A stretch of DNA of 45,317 bases from a virus (taxonomy: Duplodnaviria > Caudoviricetes): positions 1 through 45,317 of IMG/VR virus record IMGVR_UViG_3300023283_000353; one strand, written 5' to 3'. Of the stretch, positions 20,390 to 30,156 are shown piece by piece. How positions within the stretch are numbered: position 1 is the first letter of the stretch; the number at the start of each line of letters is the position of its first letter. The position numbers and the translations under genes are program-made. A model generated the notes under the pieces. It ran no database searches and was not told the origin of the DNA. It was given only the letters and a program-made list of their open reading frames with translations.

Positions 20390-21054
20390 CAGCGCCCCCG
20401 GCCGCCGGGGAACGACTGGATCGCCCGCCGCATCTCGGCTTCACGTCGACCGAGTTGATCGCGGATCATCTGGACGGTGAGTTCGGCGAGCTTCCCCCGG
20501 GTCGCCAGCCAGAGTGCGAGCCTCATGATGAGCACCGGCACAGCTTCATCCGGCAGAGCGAGTTCCTGTGCGACGTCGGTCTTCTCGGCGGGTTCGGTGA
20601 CGTAGGTGAAATCGACCGTCGAGACACCTTGCCACCCGAACATCCGGTTCGTCGCGTCGCCGGTATCGACGCCATCGACGAGAAAAAGGTTTGCTGCTTG
20701 GATGAACGCCGACGGTTCGCGTCCCGGGATCGTGTTTCTCGCTTCCGGGATCGTGAGGAATACCCGCCGCACGGATCCGTCGGTCTTCACGAGCCGGAGC
20801 GTGTCGCTGCGCAGCCGCCAGAAATCGCCCGGGAGCGCGTAGGATTCGGCGTGCGTGCTGACCTCGATGGAGGTGGGCGTGTCGCCCGGGAGCGCGAACC
20901 CTGAAACGGCGTCCTCGAGCACCTGCACGAGCACGAGGCGTTCTTCACGGTTGGTGACCCGCACGAGTTCGTCGGGGGTCGGAAGGAAGTCGGTGTCGAA
21001 GTCCCGCATGACGTCGCGGGCCTCCTGGATCACCGCCTCGACGGTCGCGGGCAT
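20389..21054 (-). CDS. Head-tail adaptor-like protein
   Basis: TVEAVIQEARDVM...ESYALPGDFWRL...LPDEAVPVLI pattern; immediately upstream of the nozzle. Confidence 0.65.
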   Translation of the reverse strand: MPATVEAVIQEARDVMRDFDTDFLPTPDELVRVTNREERLVLVQVLEDAVSGFALPGDTPTSIEVSTHAESYALPGDFWRLRSDTLRLVKTDGSVRRVFLTIPEARNTIPGREPSAFIQAANLFLVDGVDTGDATNRMFGWQGVSTVDFTYVTEPAEKTDVAQELALPDEAVPVLIMRLALWLATRGKLAELTVQMIRDQLGRREAEMRRAIQSFPGGRGR

Positions 21055-21063
21055 CCAGCCCCC

Positions 21064-21747
21064 CTACTGATAGAAGCTGACGTGAGGCACATCCTCGACC
21101 CGGACGTTGCCGGTCACGTGATCCTTCGCGTCGAGGAGCATCGCCTGTCGGGCGGTCTGGAGCTCGTTGAGCCAGAGGTTGAGCAGGCCGCCGTCGCCGC
21201 CGAGCACCGCCGCGAAGCTGACCTGCATCTGGTATTGCAACGCCCGGAACAGCGGCGCGGGATAGTCGAACTCCTGATCCCATTGCCCGGGCTGGATTGG
21301 GTCAGGCGCGGGCACCCCGAGGATCTGGATGTCGTGGACGCCGGACCAATCGTTCACCTTGCGAATCGCCCGGTGTCGGTCGATGAAATATCCGATCGGT
21401 TCGCCGAGGTGTGCATATTCGGTGGCGGCGCGGTGACGAGCCTCCTGGGTCGCGATCACGACCTGTCCATCGAAGTCGGCCGTGTCCGATTTCCTCCAGT
21501 CGACGCCGTTGATGACGAGCCACTCGATCAGCCCGGCGGTGGTCACATCAACCGGATCGACGTCCACGTCCGATTCCGGGATGATCGCCTCCTCGCTGAG
21601 ACGTTCCGGGTCGTGGGTCACATACTCGAGCACGAGATCGCGCAGGTGGGTGTTGAACTGCAACGCGATCTGCGTGGCATCGAGATCGCCAGGGTTCGGA
21701 GCCCTGCCGCGCATCGTCTGGATCACTTCACGGACCGAGAAGATCAT
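21064..21747 (-). CDS. Second adaptor-like protein
   Basis: SVREVIQTMR...FDYPAPLFRAL; similar size and layout to the neighbouring adaptor. Confidence 0.5.
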   Translation of the reverse strand: MIFSVREVIQTMRGRAPNPGDLDATQIALQFNTHLRDLVLEYVTHDPERLSEEAIIPESDVDVDPVDVTTAGLIEWLVINGVDWRKSDTADFDGQVVIATQEARHRAATEYAHLGEPIGYFIDRHRAIRKVNDWSGVHDIQILGVPAPDPIQPGQWDQEFDYPAPLFRALQYQMQVSFAAVLGGDGGLLNLWLNELQTARQAMLLDAKDHVTGNVRVEDVPHVSFYQ

Positions 21748-21750
21748 GGG

Positions 21751-22470
21751 TCAGGCCGCCGGGCCCTCGTCCTTGATCTGTCCGATGCGCATGGCGAACG
21801 CATCAATTGCGGAGGTGCGCTCCTGCCCCTGCTTCTCCATGTCGATCAGCTTCTCGAGCGTCTCGATCGAGTTGATTTTCCGAGAGATGCGACGAATGTC
21901 CGCGACGGTGAGTTCCAGAACGCCCTCGAGCGTCTTCGGGAACGGTACGTCATCCTCGTCTCCCTCGTCCTGATCGTCCTCCTCCTCGCCGTCGCTCTCG
22001 TCTCCGCCGTGGTCGCCGTCGTCGTCGCCGTCGCCTTCGTCGCTTTCGTCGAATGTGAGTGGCGGGACTGCGGTGACGACCCGTTCGGCTCCCGCCTCCA
22101 CGAGTGCATCCTCGATCGAGGCGCCGTCGTCCATTGCTTTCGCGGCCTTCCGAGTCTCGATCGGCGTGATCGCGTCGGCGCGCCGGAGTTCGAGGAGCTT
22201 CTGTTTCGGGCTCAGGTTCTCAGCCAGTTCCTCGACTACGAGAGGCGGGTCGTCGTCGCCCACACCGGCAACCGGAAGCTCCCCCTTCTGGAGCAAGGCG
22301 AGCGCCTTCTTTGCGGCCTCGTCGACGTCGTCGTCTTCCTCTTGGACGCGGTTCATCGCTCGGGCGATGGCCCGGAGTTGCAGCCGCGTGATCTCGCCGG
22401 CGTCTCGGAGTTCGCGGAAGAACTGTTTCCACGAGGTGTTCGCGGGCTTTTGCGTCTTCTTCAAGTTCAT
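21751..22470 (-). CDS. Acidic hypothetical protein with Asp/Glu tract
   Basis: 239 aa with a DESDEGDGDDDGD...EEEDD tract; in the capsid operon. Confidence 0.7.
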   Translation of the reverse strand: MNLKKTQKPANTSWKQFFRELRDAGEITRLQLRAIARAMNRVQEEDDDVDEAAKKALALLQKGELPVAGVGDDDPPLVVEELAENLSPKQKLLELRRADAITPIETRKAAKAMDDGASIEDALVEAGAERVVTAVPPLTFDESDEGDGDDDGDHGGDESDGEEEDDQDEGDEDDVPFPKTLEGVLELTVADIRRISRKINSIETLEKLIDMEKQGQERTSAIDAFAMRIGQIKDEGPAA

Positions 22471-22473
22471 GGG

Positions 22474-23079
22474 TCAGATCCCCATTTCCTCAGCGGCTCT
22501 GCGGAAGAGGTTGCGGTAATATTCGGCGAACGCCAGAGCCTCGTCTGCCTGCCGCGCACGTTCGTCTTCGAGTCGTTTGAGGTTCGTTTGCTTCATCTTC
22601 TCGTCGATCTCTTGACTCGACCGTAGGGTCACGGAGTTTCGCATCAGTTCGATCACCTCAGCGTCGGTGATCGACAGCGGAGAACGGTTGCCGGGGATGC
22701 TGTGGATCACGAACGGTTCGTAGACCACAACTGTCATGCATCCCTTGCCGATCAACAACCCCATCGCCTCCGGGAAACGCACCCACTTCACGATGTCCCA
22801 GCTCGGGCCGTCGAAGGTGAAGTCTGCTCCTTCGAGGTTGAACAGGATCTCGTAGCGGTCGGGGCGCACCCGAGGGAACCGCCGCAGCCGTCGGCGTAGC
22901 TGTTGCTGCGCTTGTTCCGGCGGCCGGTAGGCTCGTGAGACGGCATATTGTGGAGGGTATGCCTTGCCCGCCTCTCTGCGCCACTCGACCGATTCCAGAA
23001 GCTCGAGCAACGCGGCGGTTGTCTGCTGATCGAGTCCGGCCATCTCGATCCCGGTCAGCATCTCTTCTGGGTCGATCAT
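22474..23079 (-). CDS. Hypothetical protein
   Basis: 201-aa ORF in register with the operon. Confidence 0.65.
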   Translation of the reverse strand: MIDPEEMLTGIEMAGLDQQTTAALLELLESVEWRREAGKAYPPQYAVSRAYRPPEQAQQQLRRRLRRFPRVRPDRYEILFNLEGADFTFDGPSWDIVKWVRFPEAMGLLIGKGCMTVVVYEPFVIHSIPGNRSPLSITDAEVIELMRNSVTLRSSQEIDEKMKQTNLKRLEDERARQADEALAFAEYYRNLFRRAAEEMGI

Positions 23080-23114
23080 CTCGTCCGTCGGGTCCGCAGC
23101 CAGGGAAGAGGAGG

Positions 23115-23139
23115 CCCCGGGGGGAGCCCCCCCCGGGGG
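23115..23139 (-). terminator. GC hairpin downstream of the major capsid gene (terminator/stability element)
   Basis: CCCCCGGGGGGGGCTCCCCCCGGGG followed by a pyrimidine run; no classic U tract. Confidence 0.45.
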
Positions 23140-23158
23140 AATCTCCGATCGTTCGGGA

Positions 23159-24445
23159 TCACCAGTTCATGCCCACGCCGGACACGAGACCGTTCCTGCG
23201 CCGGATCCCGTATTCGTAGATGCCGGTGAGAAGGATGTCGAACACCGTCTTGTTCGGCACGAGCTGCATCGAACCGGCCCCTTCGTCGACGAACTCGATG
23301 AAGTCCGTGACCGCGTAGCGTTCCAGCTGTCGTCCCTGGGGGACGAAGAACACCCGCGCATCGGGGGCCGTGTGATCCATGAACCACGGCCGCCCGAAGA
23401 AGTCGGTGAAGTCCCAACCCGCATCGAAGCGATTCACGTTGCGGAACTCGACCTTCTGATCGAGCTCGGCGGCGTAGCGTTCCTGGGTCTCATACGAGGA
23501 GATCGCGAACCCGATGCGGCCTTGCCTGATCCGCTTCGCGACCCTGTTTCTCGCGTTCCTGAGATCCGCGATTACGCTCGCCTGCGCGATCGTGAGCGGC
23601 TCCGGCTTCCAATAGGGGTCAGTCGTCGGGTCGACCCCTTGCAGCGTGCCCGTGAGGCTATCGTCGTAGAAGCCGAGCATCCCCATCGCGGGCCGGTTGT
23701 CCTCGACCTCTCCCGGGTCGACCCAGCCCTCGATGGTGTTTTGGAGGTAGACGTAGTCGTCCGCTGCGACGCCGGCGGAATCCAGCGTGTGGCCCGCCTT
23801 GAGTCGCACCTCGATGGCGCCGCCTCCGATGGTCATGTCGACGGCTTCCACCTCGCCCATGCCACGATCGACGCTCACGCCGTCTTCGTAGCCCTTCGTG
23901 TCCAGGATGTGCAGCACCTGGCCTTTCCGGATGATCGACTCCGGCGTTCCGCCATCGGCCACGCCGTAAGCGCGGTCGAGGATCAGCTTGTCGTCGGCGT
24001 CGATCGTCTCCGACTGGACCCGGGCCATCACGCCCGAGCCGTCGCCCCACAGATACGAGTTTCCTGTCAGTGTGAATGCGTCGCGGGTGGCGGTCATCTG
24101 GGTCTGGAGACCTCTGGCGAACGCCGCCGCGTTGGTGCGAGCCTTCCTCATGAGCTTGAACGTGATTCGCACTCGGAACGTGATCTGCTTGAGGCGAACC
24201 TTCGCCTGCTCGACGGCCGCGCTGCCCGATTCGGCCACGTCGGCGGACTCACCATGGAATCCGCCACCTTCGTTCAGCCCCGTCTCGAGCGCGATCACGG
24301 CCTCTTCACCTTCGGCCGAGATGTCGTCGCTGTTCTGCCGGATGAAGCGCAGAAGCGGGAAATCCGCGTTGAACTGCCGGGTGATTCCCGGCTGATAGTT
24401 CTTCTGCAACAGCTCCAGCAGCGTTTGGGTAGTCGCTCCTGGCAT
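23159..24445 (-). CDS. Major capsid protein (HK97 fold, inferred)
   Basis: 428 aa after portal and scaffold; LLQKNYQPGITRQFN, YLWGDGSG and final EYGIRRRNG segments typical of MCPs; hairpin downstream. Confidence 0.8.
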   Translation of the reverse strand: MPGATTQTLLELLQKNYQPGITRQFNADFPLLRFIRQNSDDISAEGEEAVIALETGLNEGGGFHGESADVAESGSAAVEQAKVRLKQITFRVRITFKLMRKARTNAAAFARGLQTQMTATRDAFTLTGNSYLWGDGSGVMARVQSETIDADDKLILDRAYGVADGGTPESIIRKGQVLHILDTKGYEDGVSVDRGMGEVEAVDMTIGGGAIEVRLKAGHTLDSAGVAADDYVYLQNTIEGWVDPGEVEDNRPAMGMLGFYDDSLTGTLQGVDPTTDPYWKPEPLTIAQASVIADLRNARNRVAKRIRQGRIGFAISSYETQERYAAELDQKVEFRNVNRFDAGWDFTDFFGRPWFMDHTAPDARVFFVPQGRQLERYAVTDFIEFVDEGAGSMQLVPNKTVFDILLTGIYEYGIRRRNGLVSGVGMNW

Positions 24446-24483
24446 TTCTTACCCCTTGTGAAACCTGTCTGGTGTTCGGAGCG

Positions 24484-25821
24484 TCAGCCGCCTTCGATCA
24501 TGCTCCGGACGTGTTTCTCGATGTCGTCCCACGTCTCGGGCTCTCGCGAGGAGGGCTGTTTCTCCGACTCGTTCGATGCTTCACCACTTCCGGGTTTCCG
24601 TCGGGGCTGTCTGCCGCGGGTCGGCGGGTCCGCCGCGATGTTCCTCTTGCGAGAATCGCCGCGTTCCGCCTTGAGCAGATCCCGAGTCACCTCGTGAACT
24701 GGACGGGTCATGCCTTCCTCTTCCCACCGATCGGCGACGTCGTCGAACGTCAGATCGGTGTCCGCGCCGGCGAGCATGTTCCTCACGTCGCGCACCGCGA
24801 TTTCGGCATAATCCCCTGGATAGCCGACGCCGGGCTGGAAGCCGAGGTCTTCCGGGATGCCCGAGTCGGTGTTCTGTGTCTCGGCACCGTTCCGGCTGGC
24901 GGGTGGCTCTCTCGAGGCCGCTTCGCCGTTCTGGATGCCGCCCATCATCGCCTGGAGCCCGCGTTCGATGCCGCTGAGACGCCGGTCCACACGGAAGAGG
25001 CGCGGGTTCTCCTCGGCCTCCCGCACCACCATGTCCAGATTGTCGCGCAGATCCTTGAGATAGTCGAGCGAGGCCATCGAGCTGAGCGTGTCGGTGAACG
25101 TAGCGGGATCGTCGATCGTCGACTGCAAACGCTCCTGCACCGTCTGGATCTTCTGCGCCTGCTCGACGAGCTGTTCCCTGAGTTGTTCGACCTGCTGCTG
25201 CCGCTGTGCGGCCTCCTGGAACCGTTTCGTGACCTCGCCCTGGCCCATGTACCCCGCGGCCTTGCGAAGCACCTCCTGGGCGCTCTCCTCGTGCTCCTCG
25301 CCGTTCGCCGTGTAGCGGAGGACGATGTCTTCGGACTCGAGGAGGCTGTCGAAGAGAGCCTGCCGGTCAGACGGGTCGTCGATCTCGTTCGTGAGCCATT
25401 CCCTCCACGAGTCGTAGCCGACGTCTTCTTCACGCTCTTCGCCTTCTTCGTCGGCGTCCTCGTCACCTTCGGGCTCTTCTGCGGCTTCGTCCGCTTCTTC
25501 GGCTTGCGCCTCGGGTTCGGCGTCTTCGGGGGGTTCGGCTTCCGCTTCGTCTTCGCCGCCGGCTTCGACTTCGTCGGCTGCTGTGGCCTGCTTCTCGCGT
25601 TCCTCGAGGATCTCGAGGTTGTCGTCGAGGCCCTCGAACATCATGCGTTCCTCAAGCTCTCGGTCGGCAGCCGAGAGATCGGGTTCGCGACTCGTGCCGC
25701 CTTCAGGCGCCGAGGCGGCTTCTTCCTCGCCGCTCGTGTCCTGGTCGGTCGGGTTCATCTCGAGACCGTACTTGTCGGCTACCTCTTCGACGGACCCGGC
25801 GCGGGCGTCTCCGTCTGCCAT
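24484..25821 (-). CDS. Scaffolding protein
   Basis: Very acidic N-terminus, YTANGEEHE...YMGQGEVTKRFQEAA then coiled coil; directly upstream of the MCP. Confidence 0.7.
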   Translation of the reverse strand: MADGDARAGSVEEVADKYGLEMNPTDQDTSGEEEAASAPEGGTSREPDLSAADRELEERMMFEGLDDNLEILEEREKQATAADEVEAGGEDEAEAEPPEDAEPEAQAEEADEAAEEPEGDEDADEEGEEREEDVGYDSWREWLTNEIDDPSDRQALFDSLLESEDIVLRYTANGEEHEESAQEVLRKAAGYMGQGEVTKRFQEAAQRQQQVEQLREQLVEQAQKIQTVQERLQSTIDDPATFTDTLSSMASLDYLKDLRDNLDMVVREAEENPRLFRVDRRLSGIERGLQAMMGGIQNGEAASREPPASRNGAETQNTDSGIPEDLGFQPGVGYPGDYAEIAVRDVRNMLAGADTDLTFDDVADRWEEEGMTRPVHEVTRDLLKAERGDSRKRNIAADPPTRGRQPRRKPGSGEASNESEKQPSSREPETWDDIEKHVRSMIEGG

Positions 25822-25832
25822 GATCGGACTCC

Positions 25833-26138
25833 TCAGTTCGTCACGAGGTAGACGACCTCGTCGCCCGCGGTCAGCGTGGCGTGAAGGCCGTCGGGGAAAT
25901 GGATGCCGCCCGGCACGGAGAAGGCGCCGTCGGCGCCGCCGCCGGTACGGAGTGCGAAGTCGGGATCACCGCCTGCGCCGCCCGAGCGGAGTTCGACGCC
26001 GGACGCACCGGCGCCGCCCTGTACGTTAATCGCGGTGACGATCACCTCGGTGCCCAACTCGACCACCTGTTCGGTCGCCGTCACCCTGCGAGGGATCCGG
26101 GAACGGGCGAGCTGGGCCTTGCGATCCTGGTGCGTCAT
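25833..26138 (-). CDS. Small beta-rich virion-associated protein
   Basis: 101 aa ending VPGGIHFPDGLHATL; ATGA overlap with the portal. Confidence 0.6.
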   Translation of the reverse strand: MTHQDRKAQLARSRIPRRVTATEQVVELGTEVIVTAINVQGGAGASGVELRSGGAGGDPDFALRTGGGADGAFSVPGGIHFPDGLHATLTAGDEVVYLVTN

Positions 26139-28417
26139 GAGTTCGTCTCCTGGGTCGATTCGCCTCCACCCTCGTCTTCCTGGGCCGCTTCGGGGCCGAG
26201 GAACGGCAGAGCGACGTCCGGATCCGTCTGTATCAGAATGGGCAGCGCAGCCTGTACGGTCAACGTCCAGTGGAACTCGAGAAGCGCCTGATTCGCGGGT
26301 GCGATTCTCGGATCATTCTCGATGCGCTTGAGCCGTTTCCGGTGCGAGCGTTCGTGGATCAGGTGATTGTCGAAGCTCGAAAGACCGAGCGGTGGCGGAA
26401 GCTGCCCGACCTCGAGAGCCTGGACGAGTACCTGTTCCGCGAGCAGCGGATCGAGTTGCAAGATCGCGTCTTCCTCTTCGCGGGCGTTCGCCTCGTCGAG
26501 CTCCTCTTCCTCGTAGAGCGCGTCTTCGCTGCCGTGTTCATAGACCGAGAGCAGTCGTTTGAAGTCTGGGCGCCCGAATTCGTCGATCAACGCACCGAGC
26601 TCCCAGAGTTCTCGCGTCTCGGCCTTGATCGCCGCCGCGGATCTCGGGATCGCCGAGCCTTTCTGGATCTGGATGTCGAGCGATGAGTTCAGGTCCGATT
26701 GCATGAAGCTCGAGAGCTTGTACAGCGCGTTGCCGGCAAGCTGGATCAACCTCGGGTCGTTCTCGGGCCAGAACTGTTGAATGTTCAACATGCCCATGCG
26801 CATGATGTCGCGGTATCCGCTCTCGAGCTCTTCGCCGGGGAAGCCGAGCTGTTGGAGATCCTGTTCCTGCAACAGCGAGACGGCGACGCCCGAGAGCTGC
26901 GCCGGCAAGCGGCCCTGCGAGACCTCGTGTAACGCACCGATGTCCTGGAACAGCCGCTCGAGTTCCTGGATGAACTGGATCGTGTCGACAGGCATGTTCG
27001 GCGGGTTCGCCCATTCCGGTTTCGCACCGAAACGGTTCGCCGAGTATTTGATGCGTTGCGAGATGCCGGAAGATGTGAACCGGCGGTTGATCTTCGCTTC
27101 CTTCGGCTCGAGGAACGGCGGAATCGCCGTCCTCATGAGGTGTTGTTCGCGCAGGCTGTATGCCCAGTCGATCGCCTGATTCAGTTCCCTGAGCGGTGTC
27201 GCCCACGCCGGCGACCAGAAGCCGGCCGACTGCGAGAACTTGAACTCGCGGAACGGCAGGAATCCGTAGAAATTGTTCACGATGTCGAGGACGTGTCCCT
27301 CGGGTGTGAACTGTACCCTGAGTCCTTCCGGGAACCGGACGAGCGCCGGCCGACCGTCCGAACCGTCGTGGAGCACCTCTGTCGTGAGCTCCGGGAACTC
27401 GCCGAGTCCCTCGAGAAAGCGACCTTGGAGCACGAGTCCGGGGTCGCCCCAGAACTCGGCAACGATCACGTCTTCCTGGCCATGGTGACGCGCCGGGACG
27501 TTCGGCGTCGACGGGGTTGACCACGGGTCCTCGCGATACAGAAACCGGCGCACCTGTTTGAGCGTGTGGTAGCCGCGTTCGGAGTGCGGGTCGCGGTCTG
27601 TCTCGAGCGTCAACTTCTCCTGGTCTTCGACGAGTTGGAACTTCGCTTTCGCGTCTGCCTCGGTGAGGATGATGTCGCGGCCGAACCAGGTCTTGTTTTT
27701 GATCTGTGGCGTGTCGTTGTCGGTCCAGCATTCCATCGGCGAGAGCACGATGAACTCGAGATCCGGGCGATGCGGGAACCCCGTCGCCTGTTCGTATTCC
27801 GGGTCCAGCACCCACGTGATCCCTGGATGCACGATCGCCAGCCCGCCGAGCAGTCCCCACATCGCAACCTCGGACTTGTTCTCGTGGCTCCATGCGAATG
27901 GCGTCAGCCATTCGATGAGTTCCTCGGCGTAGTCTGCGGCGTCTTTGTCTTCGATCTGATTCGTCTTCGGGACGATCTGCGACTGCGGCTGGCCGCCAGC
28001 GAGGCGTCCGTGCTGAGCACGGAACCAGGGCTCGAACTTCGCGACCTTGCGTCGCACGAGCCCTTTCGGCGCCGGCAGCGGCACGACCGCCCGTTTCGAG
28101 CGATCGGCTTCGATGAAATGGTGGCCGTTCTTGAACGCGAAGTTTAGGAGCGTGTTTGAGTCCTGCGGCCAGCGTTCCTCGATCGCGTCCTCACGCATCT
28201 CCGAGAGGATCGTCCCCAGGGCCCGCATCGTGACGATCGGATCGACCGGGATGTTTTCGATCTCGCCGAAGAAGCCTTGCTCGAGCAGGAATCGCTCGAG
28301 TTCGTCGCCGCTCTGTGCGGCACGCAGCACGTCTTCTTGTCCAACAGCTGGGCCGCCGCGAGCGAGTTCGTCGAGCAACGCATCCGGGTTCGCGGCGAAC
28401 GGGTCTCTGGAAGCCAT
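26135..28417 (-). CDS. Portal protein
   Basis: 760 aa between terminase and scaffold; LRELNQAID, FQDIGALHEVSQG, SGVAVSLLQEQD portal-type motifs. Confidence 0.85.
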   Translation of the reverse strand: MASRDPFAANPDALLDELARGGPAVGQEDVLRAAQSGDELERFLLEQGFFGEIENIPVDPIVTMRALGTILSEMREDAIEERWPQDSNTLLNFAFKNGHHFIEADRSKRAVVPLPAPKGLVRRKVAKFEPWFRAQHGRLAGGQPQSQIVPKTNQIEDKDAADYAEELIEWLTPFAWSHENKSEVAMWGLLGGLAIVHPGITWVLDPEYEQATGFPHRPDLEFIVLSPMECWTDNDTPQIKNKTWFGRDIILTEADAKAKFQLVEDQEKLTLETDRDPHSERGYHTLKQVRRFLYREDPWSTPSTPNVPARHHGQEDVIVAEFWGDPGLVLQGRFLEGLGEFPELTTEVLHDGSDGRPALVRFPEGLRVQFTPEGHVLDIVNNFYGFLPFREFKFSQSAGFWSPAWATPLRELNQAIDWAYSLREQHLMRTAIPPFLEPKEAKINRRFTSSGISQRIKYSANRFGAKPEWANPPNMPVDTIQFIQELERLFQDIGALHEVSQGRLPAQLSGVAVSLLQEQDLQQLGFPGEELESGYRDIMRMGMLNIQQFWPENDPRLIQLAGNALYKLSSFMQSDLNSSLDIQIQKGSAIPRSAAAIKAETRELWELGALIDEFGRPDFKRLLSVYEHGSEDALYEEEELDEANAREEEDAILQLDPLLAEQVLVQALEVGQLPPPLGLSSFDNHLIHERSHRKRLKRIENDPRIAPANQALLEFHWTLTVQAALPILIQTDPDVALPFLGPEAAQEDEGGGESTQETNS

Positions 28418-28761
28418 CAGTTCAACTCGATCGGTTCGCGGGAATCGAGATATTCGCGAACGTCTTCACGCTCCCAACCCTCCTCTTCGATCTTCTGACG
28501 CATCCATTCTTCGATCGCGATCTGATCCATGCCTTCGGCGAAGTCGAGGAACTCTGTGATCGCCGCCTTCTTCTGCTCGTCGCCCCATTCAGAGAACGGG
28601 CGTCCCTGAGCATCGCCCTGCGGGCTGTACGGCGCTCCCGGCTGCGTAGGCTGCTGCGAACGGATCCACCAGACAACGACGGCGACGAACGCGATCGTCA
28701 AGACGAAGATGCATAACGCCGCCGTGATCGCCAGCACGACGATCGGCCACGACGTGTTCAT
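28417..28761 (-). CDS. Small membrane protein
   Basis: Long N-terminal hydrophobic helix; coupled to the portal start. Confidence 0.65.
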   Translation of the reverse strand: MNTSWPIVVLAITAALCIFVLTIAFVAVVVWWIRSQQPTQPGAPYSPQGDAQGRPFSEWGDEQKKAAITEFLDFAEGMDQIAIEEWMRQKIEEEGWEREDVREYLDSREPIELN

Positions 28762-28988
28762 TCCCTGCCACGCTGACGCCGGTCGGCTTCCCGGGCCGCG
28801 ATGACCGCAGGCGTACGGCCTTCGGTCTGTTCGACCGAGCGAGGCGTCGGGTTGCCGGTGATCGGGCTCGGTGGACCGGTGCGAATCGACTCGCCGGTGC
28901 GCGCCCGAGCCTGTTGGATGCGACGCGCTGGGTTCTGGAGCAACGTCGCCGCCTGCATCAGTTCGAGGACGCTCAGGGGTTCTGCGAT
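28758..28988 (-). CDS. Small hypothetical protein (start uncertain, possibly ATC)
   Basis: Fills the gap after TerL; SD GGAGGT precedes ATC GCA GAA at 28988; the next ATG (28957) has no SD. Confidence 0.4.
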   Translation of the reverse strand: MAEPLSVLELMQAATLLQNPARRIQQARARTGESIRTGPPSPITGNPTPRSVEQTEGRTPAVIAAREADRRQRGRE

Positions 28989-30154
28989 GGTGACCTCCGG
29001 CCTCTCATGCGCTTCTTGCGAAACCTTGATGCCGCCTTCTGGTGGCGTTCCTGCTGGATCTCTTCGGCTGATTTCGGCTCGGAGCGATCGAAGCGTGACT
29101 CCCATGCGCTGAGATCGAACAACACTTCATCGTCTTCGGGGTCGCCGCCGCGCAACTTCCGCATCTCGTTCATGAACCTGATCAGGTTCGTGATCGAGTG
29201 ATCGTCCTTGTCGATCGGGCTTTCGGGATCGTTGCGACGTTCGCGAACCTCCGAGGAATGCCAGTCCTTCCAACGGTAACGGGCGAACTCCTGCGCCGTC
29301 TCACGGCAGCCGCCGTGCAGGAAGAGTGTCGGCGGAATCATGTATGCGCCTGCCAGAAGCTCCTCTTCGGTCGCCGTGCGCCAGTTGTTGTTCTCGTCGT
29401 ACAGCGGCAACCCTTCCGCGTCGCACCAGTAGTTACCGAGTCGCTGGAGGATCTCGACGATCGCCTCCTGCTTGTGATTGTTGCCGGTCTTCACCGGCAC
29501 CACGAACCCGGATTCCTCGAGCCGTTCACGAAGCTGATCGAACACCGTCGCGGCGGACTCGTCGACGTTCTCCGGCGACGCCGCGGACTGATGTTCCTGC
29601 TTCGCGGACGGGTCGATGATGACCTCCTCGATCTGCTCGCGCAGTCGCCGGCCGTCGGACGTCCAGTGCCAGCTCGAACCTTCGACGAGCAGCGCGATGT
29701 CGTGTGTCGAGCGTCTCGATTCGTATAGTTCGCGGTAGACGTGCACGGGAAGGTAGCCGTAGAGATCGTGGTCAGCATCGACGTCGACGGCGACCCAGAG
29801 AACGGACGTCGGATTCGTCCACCCCGGGTCAATCAACACCCATCTCGGCCAATGCATCGGCGGCACGAACGGTTCGATCATGTGCACCGACTCGTCCCAG
29901 TTTTCCCAGACGAGGCGTCCCGCCATCGCCTTCCAGTCGATTTCCTGTTCCTTGCGCCAACGCCAGGAGTTGAGGCCGCCGTATTTTGGCGAAGCCTTGT
30001 ATTTCCAGTCACCTCGACGGTTCGGGTCGGCGGTGTAGTGCGTTCGCACCACCAGGAACTCGTTGCTCGGGTTGCGCCACACCCGCACGCCGGGCATGAC
30101 CTCGAGGGCTTCGCCGGGTTCGACCTCGGGCAAGTGAAGCGAGAGCGGTTTCAC
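28973..30154 (-). CDS. terL: Terminase large subunit, C-terminal part (end of ATPase region plus RNase H-like nuclease)
   Basis: HYTADP...WRKEQEIDW, LIDPGWTNPTSVLW, VIIDPS, EFARYRW, DKDDHSITNLIRF; AGGAG SD before GTG 30154 (alternative start ATG 30181). Confidence 0.8.
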   Translation of the reverse strand: MKPLSLHLPEVEPGEALEVMPGVRVWRNPSNEFLVVRTHYTADPNRRGDWKYKASPKYGGLNSWRWRKEQEIDWKAMAGRLVWENWDESVHMIEPFVPPMHWPRWVLIDPGWTNPTSVLWVAVDVDADHDLYGYLPVHVYRELYESRRSTHDIALLVEGSSWHWTSDGRRLREQIEEVIIDPSAKQEHQSAASPENVDESAATVFDQLRERLEESGFVVPVKTGNNHKQEAIVEILQRLGNYWCDAEGLPLYDENNNWRTATEEELLAGAYMIPPTLFLHGGCRETAQEFARYRWKDWHSSEVRERRNDPESPIDKDDHSITNLIRFMNEMRKLRGGDPEDDEVLFDLSAWESRFDRSEPKSAEEIQQERHQKAASRFRKKRMRGRRSPSQNP

Positions 30155-30156
30155 GA

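Noticed and set aside
21082-25851. Long plus-strand ORFs (514, 441 and 459 aa) and similar antisense ORFs elsewhere
   Set aside because: Shadow frames of high-GC minus-strand genes; no motifs or SD
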